DNA of 64,000 bases from Bdellovibrionota bacterium (GTDB lineage: Bacteria > Bdellovibrionota > UBA1018 > CAIPTA01 > JAALKR01). The notes below the pieces were generated by a model. It searched no databases. It was given only the letters and a program-made list of their open reading frames with translations, and was not told where the DNA came from. How positions within the stretch are numbered: the first letter of the stretch is position 1; every line of letters starts with the position of its first letter. The stretch lies in the NCBI GenBank assembly GCA_965207455.1, contig CBDBMJ010000001.1:1600001-1664000 (forward strand), given 5' to 3'. The position numbers were made by a program, and so were the translations under genes. This document shows, one piece after another, positions 29,360-39,093 of this stretch.

Positions 29360-30823
29360 ATGGTAAAAAAATCACCCCGCTGGCTCTATAAAATTCTATT
29401 ACTATGGGGCTTGCTAACTATTACTGTTGGGCTAATATACTTTTTTGCTCCCACTGCTATGAACATGTTGTGGAGAAACTCGACAATAGATGAAAAAGCA
29501 CCCTTTATATCTGTTTGGCAGATCAGCCGTAAAAATCCCAGTGTTACGCTTCCCATAAAAAATCTGAGTGGTGATATCGATTTAAAGGGGCATAGCTATA
29601 ATTTCACCGTTGATTGGGGGGATGGTTCAGAACCAAAAAAAATTACTTCTTATAATGATACGGATAAAACCCATGTTTATAAGAAACCTGGAAAGTATAT
29701 AATTACAATTAGGGGAGATTTAGGAATTTGGTACAACGGTCATAGAGCAGATGAGAGCGACCATGATTTTGTAGGCTTTCCGCGCTCTATCTCTGGCGAA
29801 GACCGGCTCATTGAAGTAAAACAACTAGGAAAAGTTGGCTGGAGGAGTTTGGCAACAGCTTTTTTTGAACATAAAAACCTTAGAAAATTTACCCTTGGTC
29901 ATACAGATACCTCTAAAGTGCTGGATATGAGCAGTATGTTCTCTGATGCCACAGGCTTAACTTCGCTTGACTTATCCGGCTTGGATACCTCTAGTGCGCT
30001 ACTTATGATAGAAATGTTTAATGAAGCTTCCAACCTAAACTCCCTTAATCTTTCTAATTTTGATACCTCTAATGTAATAAATATGAGCGGTATGTTTCGT
30101 TATGCTTCGAGTTTAACTTCCCTTGACCTATCTCATTTTGATACCTCTAAAGTGCAAAGTATGGGAGAGATGTTTCATCGTACTGCAAGCTTAAAATCCT
30201 TAGATATATCTAACTTTAATACCTCTAAGGTGAGCAGTATGGTGGAGATGTTTCACGGTGCTTCAAGTTTAACTTCCCTTGATCTATCTCATTTTGATAC
30301 TTCGAATGTAGTGCGTATGGGATCTATGTTTACTGACACCTCAAGTTTAACTTCCCTTGATCTATCTCATTTTAATACTTCTAAAGTGCGCAATATGAGT
30401 AGTATGTTTGCTGTTACTTCGAGCTTAACTTCTTTGGATGTCTCTAATTTTGACACCTCTACTGTGGAATCTATGGGCGGTATGTTTTTTAAGACTTCAA
30501 GTTTAACCTCCTTGAATCTATCTAGTTTTAATACTTCTAATGTGAGGAGCATGACCCACATGTTTTCTGATGCTTCGAGTTTAACTTCCCTAGATTTGTC
30601 TAATTTTAATACCTCTAATGTAGAAAATGCTGAAGATATCTTCAAAAACATGACCCGTCTCAAGCAACTGGATATAAGTGGCTGGAATTTAAAATCACTG
30701 AATAAAAAAAATAGTTTCCGAATGTTTTCAGGCACTACACCAAAAGATAGTAAGCTTGCCTTGACTTGCGATCCAAAGGTTATTATTGCTTCTGTTCATG
30801 GCAGAACTTGTGACCTGAAATAA
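29360..30823 (+). CDS. DUF285/BspA-like LRR surface protein 6 (~10 repeats), N-terminal membrane anchor
   Basis: N-term TM helix; YNFTVDWGDG; repeats; C-term HGRTCDLK. Confidence 0.9.
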   Translation: MVKKSPRWLYKILLLWGLLTITVGLIYFFAPTAMNMLWRNSTIDEKAPFISVWQISRKNPSVTLPIKNLSGDIDLKGHSYNFTVDWGDGSEPKKITSYNDTDKTHVYKKPGKYIITIRGDLGIWYNGHRADESDHDFVGFPRSISGEDRLIEVKQLGKVGWRSLATAFFEHKNLRKFTLGHTDTSKVLDMSSMFSDATGLTSLDLSGLDTSSALLMIEMFNEASNLNSLNLSNFDTSNVINMSGMFRYASSLTSLDLSHFDTSKVQSMGEMFHRTASLKSLDISNFNTSKVSSMVEMFHGASSLTSLDLSHFDTSNVVRMGSMFTDTSSLTSLDLSHFNTSKVRNMSSMFAVTSSLTSLDVSNFDTSTVESMGGMFFKTSSLTSLNLSSFNTSNVRSMTHMFSDASSLTSLDLSNFNTSNVENAEDIFKNMTRLKQLDISGWNLKSLNKKNSFRMFSGTTPKDSKLALTCDPKVIIASVHGRTCDLK

Positions 30824-30895
30824 AAAATCCCATCTCACCCCTCCCCAATTATATCAATCAAGAAATTCTTGAGGGGGGTTGAGATAGGTCAGCCC

Positions 30896-31216
30896 TTAGG
30901 CGGCCTGAAAATATTTTTTCAACTCTAATAGAGTTCTTTTGTCCATATCTATGAAATGATAGCCAACACCTTTGTGCTGACCGAATCTTTTTTCATGCAC
31001 TATCTTTGCGGTAACATTTTCTAAATGTACGCCGTTAGGTAGTGAGAAAGAGAGATACGACACATACTCTTGCTCCTGAGACAGCTGCTTGTTTTTCGCC
31101 AAAAATCCATCTTTGGATAAGTTGCTAGCCTCTAGGGTAAAAGTATAGTCTCCATTTCTTTCAGATACGAACAACCCTATTGTTCTAATCCGGTCTGATT
31201 TTCTACGTTCTTTCAT
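30896..31216 (-). CDS. PilZ domain protein
   Basis: ERRKSDR (RxxxR) and NLSKDG (D/NxSxxG); GVGYHF. Confidence 0.85.
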   Translation of the reverse strand: MKERRKSDRIRTIGLFVSERNGDYTFTLEASNLSKDGFLAKNKQLSQEQEYVSYLSFSLPNGVHLENVTAKIVHEKRFGQHKGVGYHFIDMDKRTLLELKKYFQAA

Positions 31217-31462
31217 AGTAACTCCAACTCTTCTCTAGCTACATCACTTCAGTTCTACCTGCGCTAGAGTCGCAGACATTGCTCCATTAGATGCAAGAAT
31301 GCTGCCAACATTCCGGTTTTGGGGAATTTTTTATTATTCTCTAGTGGAATTAAGCACTTAACGATCCCCTGGAATAATCCTTCGGCTTCCGTGGGGGGAA
31401 TTGTAGGGATTTTTTTTGCCTATATGTTCGACACTCCGTTATCTTTCATACACAATAGGGTT

Positions 31463-32248
31463 ATGCCGCATGGTCAACAAGTCCAGTTCCATATTCCCAG
31501 AATGGGTATGGTTATTCGTACTATTCTAATTGTGAGTGTGGTGATGTTCCTACTTCAGCTTATTGGAGAGCAGTTTTTTCATTTTCCTTTGAGTGCTTTT
31601 TTGGGATTTGTGCCTGCGCGTTTGGCTTCGGGGTGGATTTGGCAGCCTTTTACGTATGCGTTTCTTCATGGAGGAATATGGCATCTGGTGTTTAATTTAT
31701 TTATTCTTTGGAGTGTGGGTTCTGAGTTGGAGCAGATTTGGAGTCGGAGGTTTTTTCTACTTTATTTTTTTGGTTGTGCTGTGGGTGCGGCTCTCACATA
31801 CGGTTTATTTGCGTCGATGGGTGTTGGGGGTGGGCCTTTCGTTCCTGTGGTGGGTTCCTCTGGAGCTGTCTACGGTTTTTTATTGGCCTACGGTATTTTA
31901 TTTGGAGAGCGCGTGCTTTACTTTTTTATGATCTTTCCCATTAAGGCGAAGTATTTTGTGATGATTTTGGGTGGGATTGTATTGGTTTCCACTGTTTTTT
32001 ATTCCGACGGTGGAGTGGCCCATACGGCGCACCTGGGGGGCATGGTGGTTGGCTTGATTATTCTGCTTTCCGTCACAAAATGGAAGCAGCTCCAGGCACG
32101 TTCCTCTGGTGAGGGGCTGGACAAATGGCGCCTAGATAAGCAACAGCACAAGCGCAAGCAGTTCGATCAGGCCTCTTACTTAAAGGTGGTGGGTCTGGAG
32201 GACAAGGAAGGGTCGGAAAAAAAGGATGATAAGACCGTTTGGCACTAG
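31463..32248 (+). CDS. Rhomboid family intramembrane serine protease
   Basis: WQPFTYAFLH, HLVFN, GSSGAVYG, AHTAHLGG; likely ATG 31463. Confidence 0.92.
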   Translation: MPHGQQVQFHIPRMGMVIRTILIVSVVMFLLQLIGEQFFHFPLSAFLGFVPARLASGWIWQPFTYAFLHGGIWHLVFNLFILWSVGSELEQIWSRRFFLLYFFGCAVGAALTYGLFASMGVGGGPFVPVVGSSGAVYGFLLAYGILFGERVLYFFMIFPIKAKYFVMILGGIVLVSTVFYSDGGVAHTAHLGGMVVGLIILLSVTKWKQLQARSSGEGLDKWRLDKQQHKRKQFDQASYLKVVGLEDKEGSEKKDDKTVWH

Positions 32249-32293
32249 GCTCAGCCCTTGACTCTCTCCCTGCCTTAGATTAGTGTGTTTCTC

Positions 32294-32602
32294 ATGAAGG
32301 ATTTACAAATTAAGGAAGCAATGGAAAATAAAGAGTGGGATGTGCGGCTTATTGAGCGTGCTCGTGACGTGGGCGGTTTAGAGGAAAAGGCATACACTGC
32401 GCACCTCAGTACCCTGCCCGACGATAGTTCCACAATGAGCGAGGTAAATTTAGATGACCTCATGGCTACGGACAATCCTGTGCACACTGGTCGCAACTTG
32501 CCGTCTCTGGAGCCACACAAACCCCAGCCTTTTGAGGATTTAGAGTTAGAGGAGCAGGCGGCTCGCCTCCAGTCGGACTCGATAGGAACCCTTAGGCGGT
32601 GA
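32294..32602 (+). CDS. Hypothetical acidic protein
   Basis: Promoter-like signal just upstream of ATG 32294; GTGA overlap with dcd. Confidence 0.65.
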   Translation: MKDLQIKEAMENKEWDVRLIERARDVGGLEEKAYTAHLSTLPDDSSTMSEVNLDDLMATDNPVHTGRNLPSLEPHKPQPFEDLELEEQAARLQSDSIGTLRR

Positions 32603-33135
32603 TTCTCTCCGACAAGCAGATTTTAGAGGAGTTGGATCAAGGGAGCATTCTCATCCAGCCCTTTGATCGTCAATGCTTGGGATCCAATTCCTACGACGTG
32701 CACTTAGGTTCCACCATGGCACGATATACGGACAAGGAGTTGGACGCAAAAAAAGACAACCCTGTAGAGTATTTTGAGATTCCAGACTCTGGAATTCTTT
32801 TAAACCCCTCCGAGCTATATTTGGGAATTACTCAAGAGTATACGGAGACTTGGAAGCACGTTCCTTTTTTAGAGGGAAAGTCCTCTGCGGGTCGTTTGGG
32901 AATCGACATACATGCCACAGCGGGAAAGGGTGATGTGGGGTTTTGCAACCACTGGACGTTAGAGATTTCCTGTAAGATGTCTGTTCGTATTTATAAGGGG
33001 ATGCCCATTGGTCAGCTTATTTATTTTCGAGTGCAGGGAGATGTGATGAATCCCTATCACGCCAACCCTAAGTCAAAATACAATACAAAGAACGTTCGTC
33101 CCATGAGTTCTCAGATGTGGAAAAATACATTCTAG
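32599..33135 (+). CDS. dcd: dCTP deaminase
   Basis: MILSD, NSYDVHL, LEGKSSAGRLGI, AGKGDVGF, TLEI, PIGQL. Confidence 0.95.
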   Translation: MILSDKQILEELDQGSILIQPFDRQCLGSNSYDVHLGSTMARYTDKELDAKKDNPVEYFEIPDSGILLNPSELYLGITQEYTETWKHVPFLEGKSSAGRLGIDIHATAGKGDVGFCNHWTLEISCKMSVRIYKGMPIGQLIYFRVQGDVMNPYHANPKSKYNTKNVRPMSSQMWKNTF

Positions 33136-33142
33136 GGTTCCT

Positions 33143-33529
33143 GTGAAGCTATCTAGTTGTACTCGCTGGCTTTGGGTTCTCCTTGGATGGGTATCCGTAG
33201 TTTTGGGAGGAATCGGCGTTCTGCTCCCTGTGCTTCCCACAACTCCATTTCTTCTATTAGCGACTGTTTGTTTTTCCAAGGGTTCTCCTAGGCTTCATGC
33301 TTGGATTTTGTCCTACCCGTATGTAAAACGGGCAGTTACGGAGTGGCAGCAATTTGGTGTGATTCGCCTACGAGCAAAAATCATGGCAACGGTGCTAATT
33401 CTAGCTTCTTTTTCCTATACCTTCCTAGTAGTGGACATTTCTCTTGGGTTAAAAATTTTTCTAGCTTTCGTGGGGGTTTCTTGTCTACTATTTATTTGTA
33501 CAAGGCCGTCCCAGAAAAAAGGGGGGTAG
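33143..33529 (+). CDS. YbaN/DUF454 family membrane protein
   Basis: LGGIGVLLPVLPTTPFLLLA..CF.KGSPRLH.W. Confidence 0.9.
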   Translation: MKLSSCTRWLWVLLGWVSVVLGGIGVLLPVLPTTPFLLLATVCFSKGSPRLHAWILSYPYVKRAVTEWQQFGVIRLRAKIMATVLILASFSYTFLVVDISLGLKIFLAFVGVSCLLFICTRPSQKKGG

Positions 33530-33600
33530 CAATACGAGGGCTAGCAATTTTGCTGGAATGTGTTAGAAGGGTGTGGAGATAGCAAGCAAGGGGAAACAAT

Positions 33601-35160
33601 ATGAATACAATGGAGCTCATCGAGGAAAGTCTAAAGCGTGGCTTGGGCGTTTGTAACGACGAGGGAGTATTGCTCGTTGATACGGGAGCATTTACGGGAC
33701 GAGCAGCGAAGAATCGTTATTTAGTCGACCACCCGGAGTTAAAAGAGTCGGTGGACTGGGGCAAGGTGAATAAGCCCCTAGACGTCACCCTTTCCCATCA
33801 AATCTTTGAAAAGTTAGCGTCCCGGCTTCAGGGAGAAAAGACCTACTCCATGGACGGTTATGTGAGTGCTTTTCCCATTTCCGTTACGTCCACCAGTCCT
33901 TGGCATATTGCCTTTGCAAAAAACATGTTTCGTAGCGAGCCCATTGAGGCGTTAACCAGCCGTCTTCCCAAGGATAAAACCATACAGGTTTTCCATTACC
34001 CTTTTGGCACTACTGAGGATTTGGGTATTTCTGGTGCTCCCAATACTACGATCATTCTTTTGGATTTGGTGGAGTTAAAGGTAGCCATTATTGGCACTGC
34101 CTATGCTGGGGAGATTAAGAAGTCTGCATTTACTATTTGTAATTATCGTTTAGTGGATTTTGGTTTTTTCCCCATGCACGCCTCTGCTAACTGTTTACAT
34201 AATGGTGATGATTCCTGTGTATTGTTTGGTTTATCGGGCACGGGAAAAACAACTTTATCTGCCAGTCCAGAACGTTACCTTATTGGCGACGATGAGATTG
34301 TTTGGACACCCAAGGGTTTATCCAATTTAGAGGGAGGATGTTATGCCAAGCTTATTAATCTTTCTGAAGACAAGGAGCCTGAGATTTATCGAGCCTGTAA
34401 CAAGATGGGTGCGATTTTAGAAAATGTTTCCCACAATTCGGAAATGAAAATTGACTTTAGCAACGCTAGTAAGACAGAAAATACTCGGGGTTCTTATCCC
34501 ATTGAAGCCCTTGGGGATACGGTATATGTTCAGGACAGGGAGGCCCAAGCGCCCAAGAATGTTGTGTTTTTAACAGCCGACGCGTTTGGAGCGTTGCCTG
34601 CGGTGGCACGCTTGGATTTCAACCAAGCTCAGTACCATTTTATTTCTGGTTATACGGCTAAGGTTGCAGGAACGGAAATGGGTTTAAAAGAGCCACAGGC
34701 CACCTTCAGTGCTTGTTTTGGCGCTCCCTTCATGCCTCGGTCGCCTGTGGTGTATGCAGAGCTATTGGCAGACTTTCTTCGCAAAGAGAACGCCACAGTG
34801 TGGTTGCTCAATACGGGTTGGACAGGAGGAGCCTATGGTGTGGGTAAGCGATTTCCCATGCACATTACTCGCGCCATTTTGGAGGCGATTCAGTCTGGAG
34901 AGCTAGCCAAGCAGCCCACTCAAAGGCATGGGGTTTTTGGTTTTGAAGTGCCCACTGTTTGTCCGGGAGTGGATCCAAAATACTTAGCTGTTCCCACGGG
35001 AGAGCGAGTGGATCTTGTGGCAAAAAAGTTTCGTGAAAATATGAAGTCCTTGGGTTTACGTTCCAGTGTTTTGGACTTGGGCAGTCCCCAGTTATTGGAT
35101 CAACGTATGCGGCATATGGAAGACCGCACCCCATCCACAAGTGCCCCAAGTTTAGTATGA
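33601..35160 (+). CDS. pckA: Phosphoenolpyruvate carboxykinase (ATP)
   Basis: YAGEIKKS, MHASAN, GLSGTGKTTLS, LIGDDE, EGGCYAK, TENTR, SACFGAPF. Confidence 0.96.
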   Translation: MNTMELIEESLKRGLGVCNDEGVLLVDTGAFTGRAAKNRYLVDHPELKESVDWGKVNKPLDVTLSHQIFEKLASRLQGEKTYSMDGYVSAFPISVTSTSPWHIAFAKNMFRSEPIEALTSRLPKDKTIQVFHYPFGTTEDLGISGAPNTTIILLDLVELKVAIIGTAYAGEIKKSAFTICNYRLVDFGFFPMHASANCLHNGDDSCVLFGLSGTGKTTLSASPERYLIGDDEIVWTPKGLSNLEGGCYAKLINLSEDKEPEIYRACNKMGAILENVSHNSEMKIDFSNASKTENTRGSYPIEALGDTVYVQDREAQAPKNVVFLTADAFGALPAVARLDFNQAQYHFISGYTAKVAGTEMGLKEPQATFSACFGAPFMPRSPVVYAELLADFLRKENATVWLLNTGWTGGAYGVGKRFPMHITRAILEAIQSGELAKQPTQRHGVFGFEVPTVCPGVDPKYLAVPTGERVDLVAKKFRENMKSLGLRSSVLDLGSPQLLDQRMRHMEDRTPSTSAPSLV

Positions 35161-36946
35161 GTCTCACTCCACAAGAGGAAGAAATTTATCGTATCCGTCA
35201 CAGCTTAGCTCATGTGTTAGCGCAAGCCGTTTTGGATTTTCGTCCCGGCTCTAAGTTGGGTTTTGGTCCTCCCATTTCGGACGGTCTTTATTATGATTTC
35301 ATTTTATCCGAGCCCATATCTGAGGAGGATTTTCCACAGATTGAAAAGCGCATGAAATATATTATTAAGAAGAACCAAGCGTTTGCTTCTGAGGAGTTGG
35401 AAACAAAAGAGGCGCTTATGCGTATTAAAGAGATGGGGGAGCCCTATAAGGCGGAATATGCTCAGGAGTTAATCAAAAAAATGGGCTTACGTCTTTGTGC
35501 TTTTACACCAACGGTCCGTTTATGGATATGTGTGAGGGTCCCCATGTGAAGAGTACTAGAGAGCTTCCTTTGGATGGATTTAAGTTGCGTAGTTTAGCGG
35601 GAGCTTATTGGCGAGGAGATTCCAATAACGTTATGATGACCCGTATTTATGCGTGGGCGTTTAAGGATAGAAAAGATTTGGAAGAAAGGGTGCGGGCCCA
35701 TAAGGCAGCTATTGCTAGGGATCATAAAAAATTGGGTAAGGAGTTGGAGTTATTTACCTTTAGCGATTCCGTCGGACCTGGGCTTCCTCTGTGGATGCCC
35801 AATGGAACGATCATTCGGGATGAGTTGGAAAAGTATGTGAAGGAGTTGGAGTTTCATGGAGGATATCAGCGTGTAGCCACGCCCCACGTGACGAAAAAAG
35901 ATTTATACGAGACCACGGGCCACCTTCCCTATTATGCGGAACACATGTTTCCCTTTATGGAGGGTGATTCCGAGGTTTATTGTTTAAAGCCCATGAACTG
36001 TCCCCATCATCACCTTATTTTTGCAGCCAAGAAGCGCAGCTATAGGGAGCTTCCGGTGCGCTTGGCAGAGTATGGTACGGTTTACCGTTACGAAGATTCA
36101 GGAGCTGTTTCTGGTCTTTTGCGTGTGCGTGGCATGTGCATGAACGATGCCCATATTTATTGTACAGAAGCGCAGATCAAGGAAGAGTTTTTAGCTGTGA
36201 TGAAAATGCACGAGGCTATTTATAAAACATTGGGCATTAAGGATTACTATATGCGCTTTTCCACTTGGGATCCGGACGACGCCAAGGGAAAGGAAAAGTA
36301 TGTGGATAGCCCTGAGGCTTGGGCGCGCACTGAAAGTATTATGCAAGAAGCGATGGATGCCAGTGGTTTGCCCTATACAAAGGTAAAGGGAGAGGCTGCT
36401 TTCTATGGACCTAAGATTGATTTTCAATTGAAGACAGTGACGGGCAGGGAGGAGACAGCCAGTACCAATCAATTGGATTTTGCCGTACCTGAGCGTATGA
36501 ATCTTTCGTATATGGATGCCGACAATACGGAAAAGCGTCCCTACATTATTCACCGGGCGCCAGCTGGCACCCATGAGCGATTTGTGGCCTTTCTTATTGA
36601 GCATTTTGGCGGGGCCTTTCCCACTTGGTTAGCGCCCATACAGGTGCGAGTGATTACGGTTCATGAGCGTTTCAACGACCATGCAAAAAAGATTGTTCAA
36701 GACCTGCGATCGCAAATGGTTCGTGCAGAGTTAGATTGTAGTGGAGAAACCATGGGAAAGAAAATTCGTTTAGCATCACGGGCAAAAATTCCTTCGGTAT
36801 TGGTAATTGGTGAGCGAGAAGTGCAGGACAATACGGTTACGGTGCGCGAGTATGGTAAGGAAGAACAGAAAACCCTTCCCTTGGAAGAGTGGAAAAAACT
36901 TCTTTTATCGTCCATTAAGAATCGACTTACAGAACCTCAATCCTAA
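35157..36946 (+). CDS. thrS: Threonine-tRNA ligase, split by a single-base frameshift at A7 run 35475-35481
   Basis: [12 protein letters not shown] in first frame; [31 protein letters not shown] in second; one extra A gives [12 protein letters not shown]. Confidence 0.93.
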
Positions 36947-37065
36947 AAAATTTATATGCCTCTTTGCCTTCCCCCATTTTCAATGCTGTGCACTCCATAG
37001 GAAAGGCAAGAAGCATGATTGAAGGAGCTAAGCGCTCCTAGCGAGCAGACTTATTCTTTGTTTTT

Positions 37066-37554
37066 TTATTCTCCTGTGAGTCCAATTATAGTACCCGGCA
37101 CAACATCAAAGGAAAATACCCCCCCATCCTCAGTATCCCAGTGAGGGAGCCAACTAAGATCAAGGTTTGGTACTTTTGTTTTGAATTCCATATTACAGGC
37201 TTTGCTGAGATACTCCCGAGCATTACACTCAAATTCTGCATAACCTACTGAACTGAATATATCCGAGAGGAGATATACATCCATTCTAACTTTAAAAGAC
37301 GGACCTTTTGCTTCTAGGGCACCTGGATAGAATGCCTCTTTAGTTAGGACCATATAAGACGTGTCTTTTCCATTCATTGTAACTATATGCTGTGATGCAC
37401 AAGTTGCTGTTACCGAACCCTCACTGGGGTGCTCTCTCGTGTCGCAGGTTGCCACTTGACTAGTAAAAGATCTAGCAGAAACTGGAGCACTCCATAAAGC
37501 GCAAGCCATAGTTAATGCTAAAGTTAATGTTGTTGATTTTAATATAGTTCTCAT
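37066..37554 (-). CDS. Hypothetical secreted protein (C-x14-C...C-x9-C)
   Basis: Sec signal MRTILKSTTLTLALTMACALWSAPVSA; AGGA RBS. Confidence 0.75.
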   Translation of the reverse strand: MRTILKSTTLTLALTMACALWSAPVSARSFTSQVATCDTREHPSEGSVTATCASQHIVTMNGKDTSYMVLTKEAFYPGALEAKGPSFKVRMDVYLLSDIFSSVGYAEFECNAREYLSKACNMEFKTKVPNLDLSWLPHWDTEDGGVFSFDVVPGTIIGLTGE

Positions 37555-37653
37555 AATTTTCCTTCTTTCTTTGATTATTAATTTTTACCAAGAGACACGC
37601 CGCACGCCTCTTTTATAAGGAGCACCATAGCCTTGGTTGCCGCTTAATGTCAA
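37555..37653 (-). promoter_or_regulatory. Sigma70-type promoter plus conserved 5' hairpin leader
   Basis: TTGACA-18-TATGGT, hairpin 37590-37612; homologous to 15423-15514. Confidence 0.7.
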
Positions 37654-37735
37654 TATTTTTCTGTGCATTTTTTAGGTGCGCTGCGATAAATCAGGGCATG
37701 CGCATAAACAAACTAAAAAAACTCGGAATTGGGGA

Positions 37736-38992
37736 TCAAAGATCGGGTTGCACAAACCCGATAGAGGTGTGGAAGTCCACTACTTCCTTTGAGGCTCGAA
37801 AGGAGTTGGGGGTCCATCCTATGATGCTAATGTCTTTAGCTTCTCGTACCCGGCTTAGGGCCACATAAGCATGTCCCGGTTCCCAAAGATTTTTCAGGTC
37901 CACAAACATTTTATCGAAGGTGCTGCCTTGGGCTTTATGAATGGTGGTGGCGTAGGCTAGGTTGATGGGAAAATTTTTAGCGATAGCGATAACTTTTCCG
38001 TCGCCGTTGGAGAGAGAGAAGTCGGACTTTTCCAAATAAATTTTGAGTCCGCTCATGAGTTCAATGCCTATCTTTTTTTTCTGGATGGATTCCACATACC
38101 CCAGGCTTCCATTTACCCATCGTCCCCTGGGATCATTTTGACGAATCATAATAAAAGCATTTTTTTTGAGGCATAGTTTTTCAGGAATGGGTGCTTGTTT
38201 TTTAATGGTGGCCACTGCTGCCGCAGCTCCTTCGTATTCTGTTTCAAAGACGGTTTCTTTTTGAGGAATTTCGTTCAATCGTTTTTGATTATATTTTTCC
38301 ATGGCGTATTTTCTAGGGAATAGGTGGGTTCCCGTTTCTGGGGAACCTTTCTTTGGGGCATGGGCATTTAAAAAATCTCGTACTTCTTGGTTAAGGGTAC
38401 CTATGCGTATGAAATTGAGGATGCGGATGAGGTTCGCGTCTTTGGTGCGTACGATAGTGGAGAGAATGGCAGGTTCAAATTTTGTACGTTCCCATACGTC
38501 GTCCTGAAAGGCCCATGATTTTTCTTTTTGTGTTGTATTGACGGGCGGGAGTTGGGAAAAATCTCCCACGGCAATTACTCGCAATCCTCCCCAGGGTTTA
38601 TCTTCCACTTGGCGTGCTTTGGAGGTGATCCATTCTGCTGCGTCCAGGGCTTCTCCAGAGAGCATGGATATTTCGTCGATAATAATTCCCTTGGCTTCAC
38701 GGATTCTTTTTTTCACACGGGAGTTTCGAAGGGCTTTTTCCACGGTTTTTTCCACTCCGCCTTCCATGATACCGAGGCCAAAAAAACTATGAAAGGTTCG
38801 TCCTCCCACGAGGATGGCAGCAACTCCTGTGCTAGCCAGTATGGGAAATTCTTTATGATTTTTTTCTTTTAAAAATATGCGAAGCAGGTGGCTTTTTCCG
38901 CTGCCGGCTACGCCGGTGATAAAGATATTTTTAGAGCTTTCCTTGAGTTGTGCGAAGGCTTTTTCTTGGCAAGCAGTGAGTTTGTGTTTCAT
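37736..38992 (-). CDS. PIF1-family SF1B helicase
   Basis: ITGVAGSGKS, ASTGVAA, TFHSFFG, IDEISML, VGDFSQLPPV, WVNGSLG, LAYATTIHKAQG, YVALSR. Confidence 0.92.
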   Translation of the reverse strand: MKHKLTACQEKAFAQLKESSKNIFITGVAGSGKSHLLRIFLKEKNHKEFPILASTGVAAILVGGRTFHSFFGLGIMEGGVEKTVEKALRNSRVKKRIREAKGIIIDEISMLSGEALDAAEWITSKARQVEDKPWGGLRVIAVGDFSQLPPVNTTQKEKSWAFQDDVWERTKFEPAILSTIVRTKDANLIRILNFIRIGTLNQEVRDFLNAHAPKKGSPETGTHLFPRKYAMEKYNQKRLNEIPQKETVFETEYEGAAAAVATIKKQAPIPEKLCLKKNAFIMIRQNDPRGRWVNGSLGYVESIQKKKIGIELMSGLKIYLEKSDFSLSNGDGKVIAIAKNFPINLAYATTIHKAQGSTFDKMFVDLKNLWEPGHAYVALSRVREAKDISIIGWTPNSFRASKEVVDFHTSIGFVQPDL

Positions 38993-39093
38993 TATGAAGA
39001 CCAGCTTAGCGCGTTTGGGGGGATATGTAATTACGCAGGCTTGTCTGATTCCTTTATATTTGGTGTTTTGAGCTTTTGGGCGTTTTTAGGGGC

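Noticed and set aside
21317..30735. Antisense ORFs over the LRR genes (VTLEVSKLD repeats)
   Set aside because: Shadow frames of the repetitive coding strand
20824..30823. CRISPR array suggested by 78-bp periodicity
   Set aside because: Repeats are degenerate, in frame and protein-coding; no cas genes in the window
35157..35200. thrS lacking the N-terminal TGS domain as a truncation
   Set aside because: TGS-less ThrRS is widespread; start is coupled to the pckA stop
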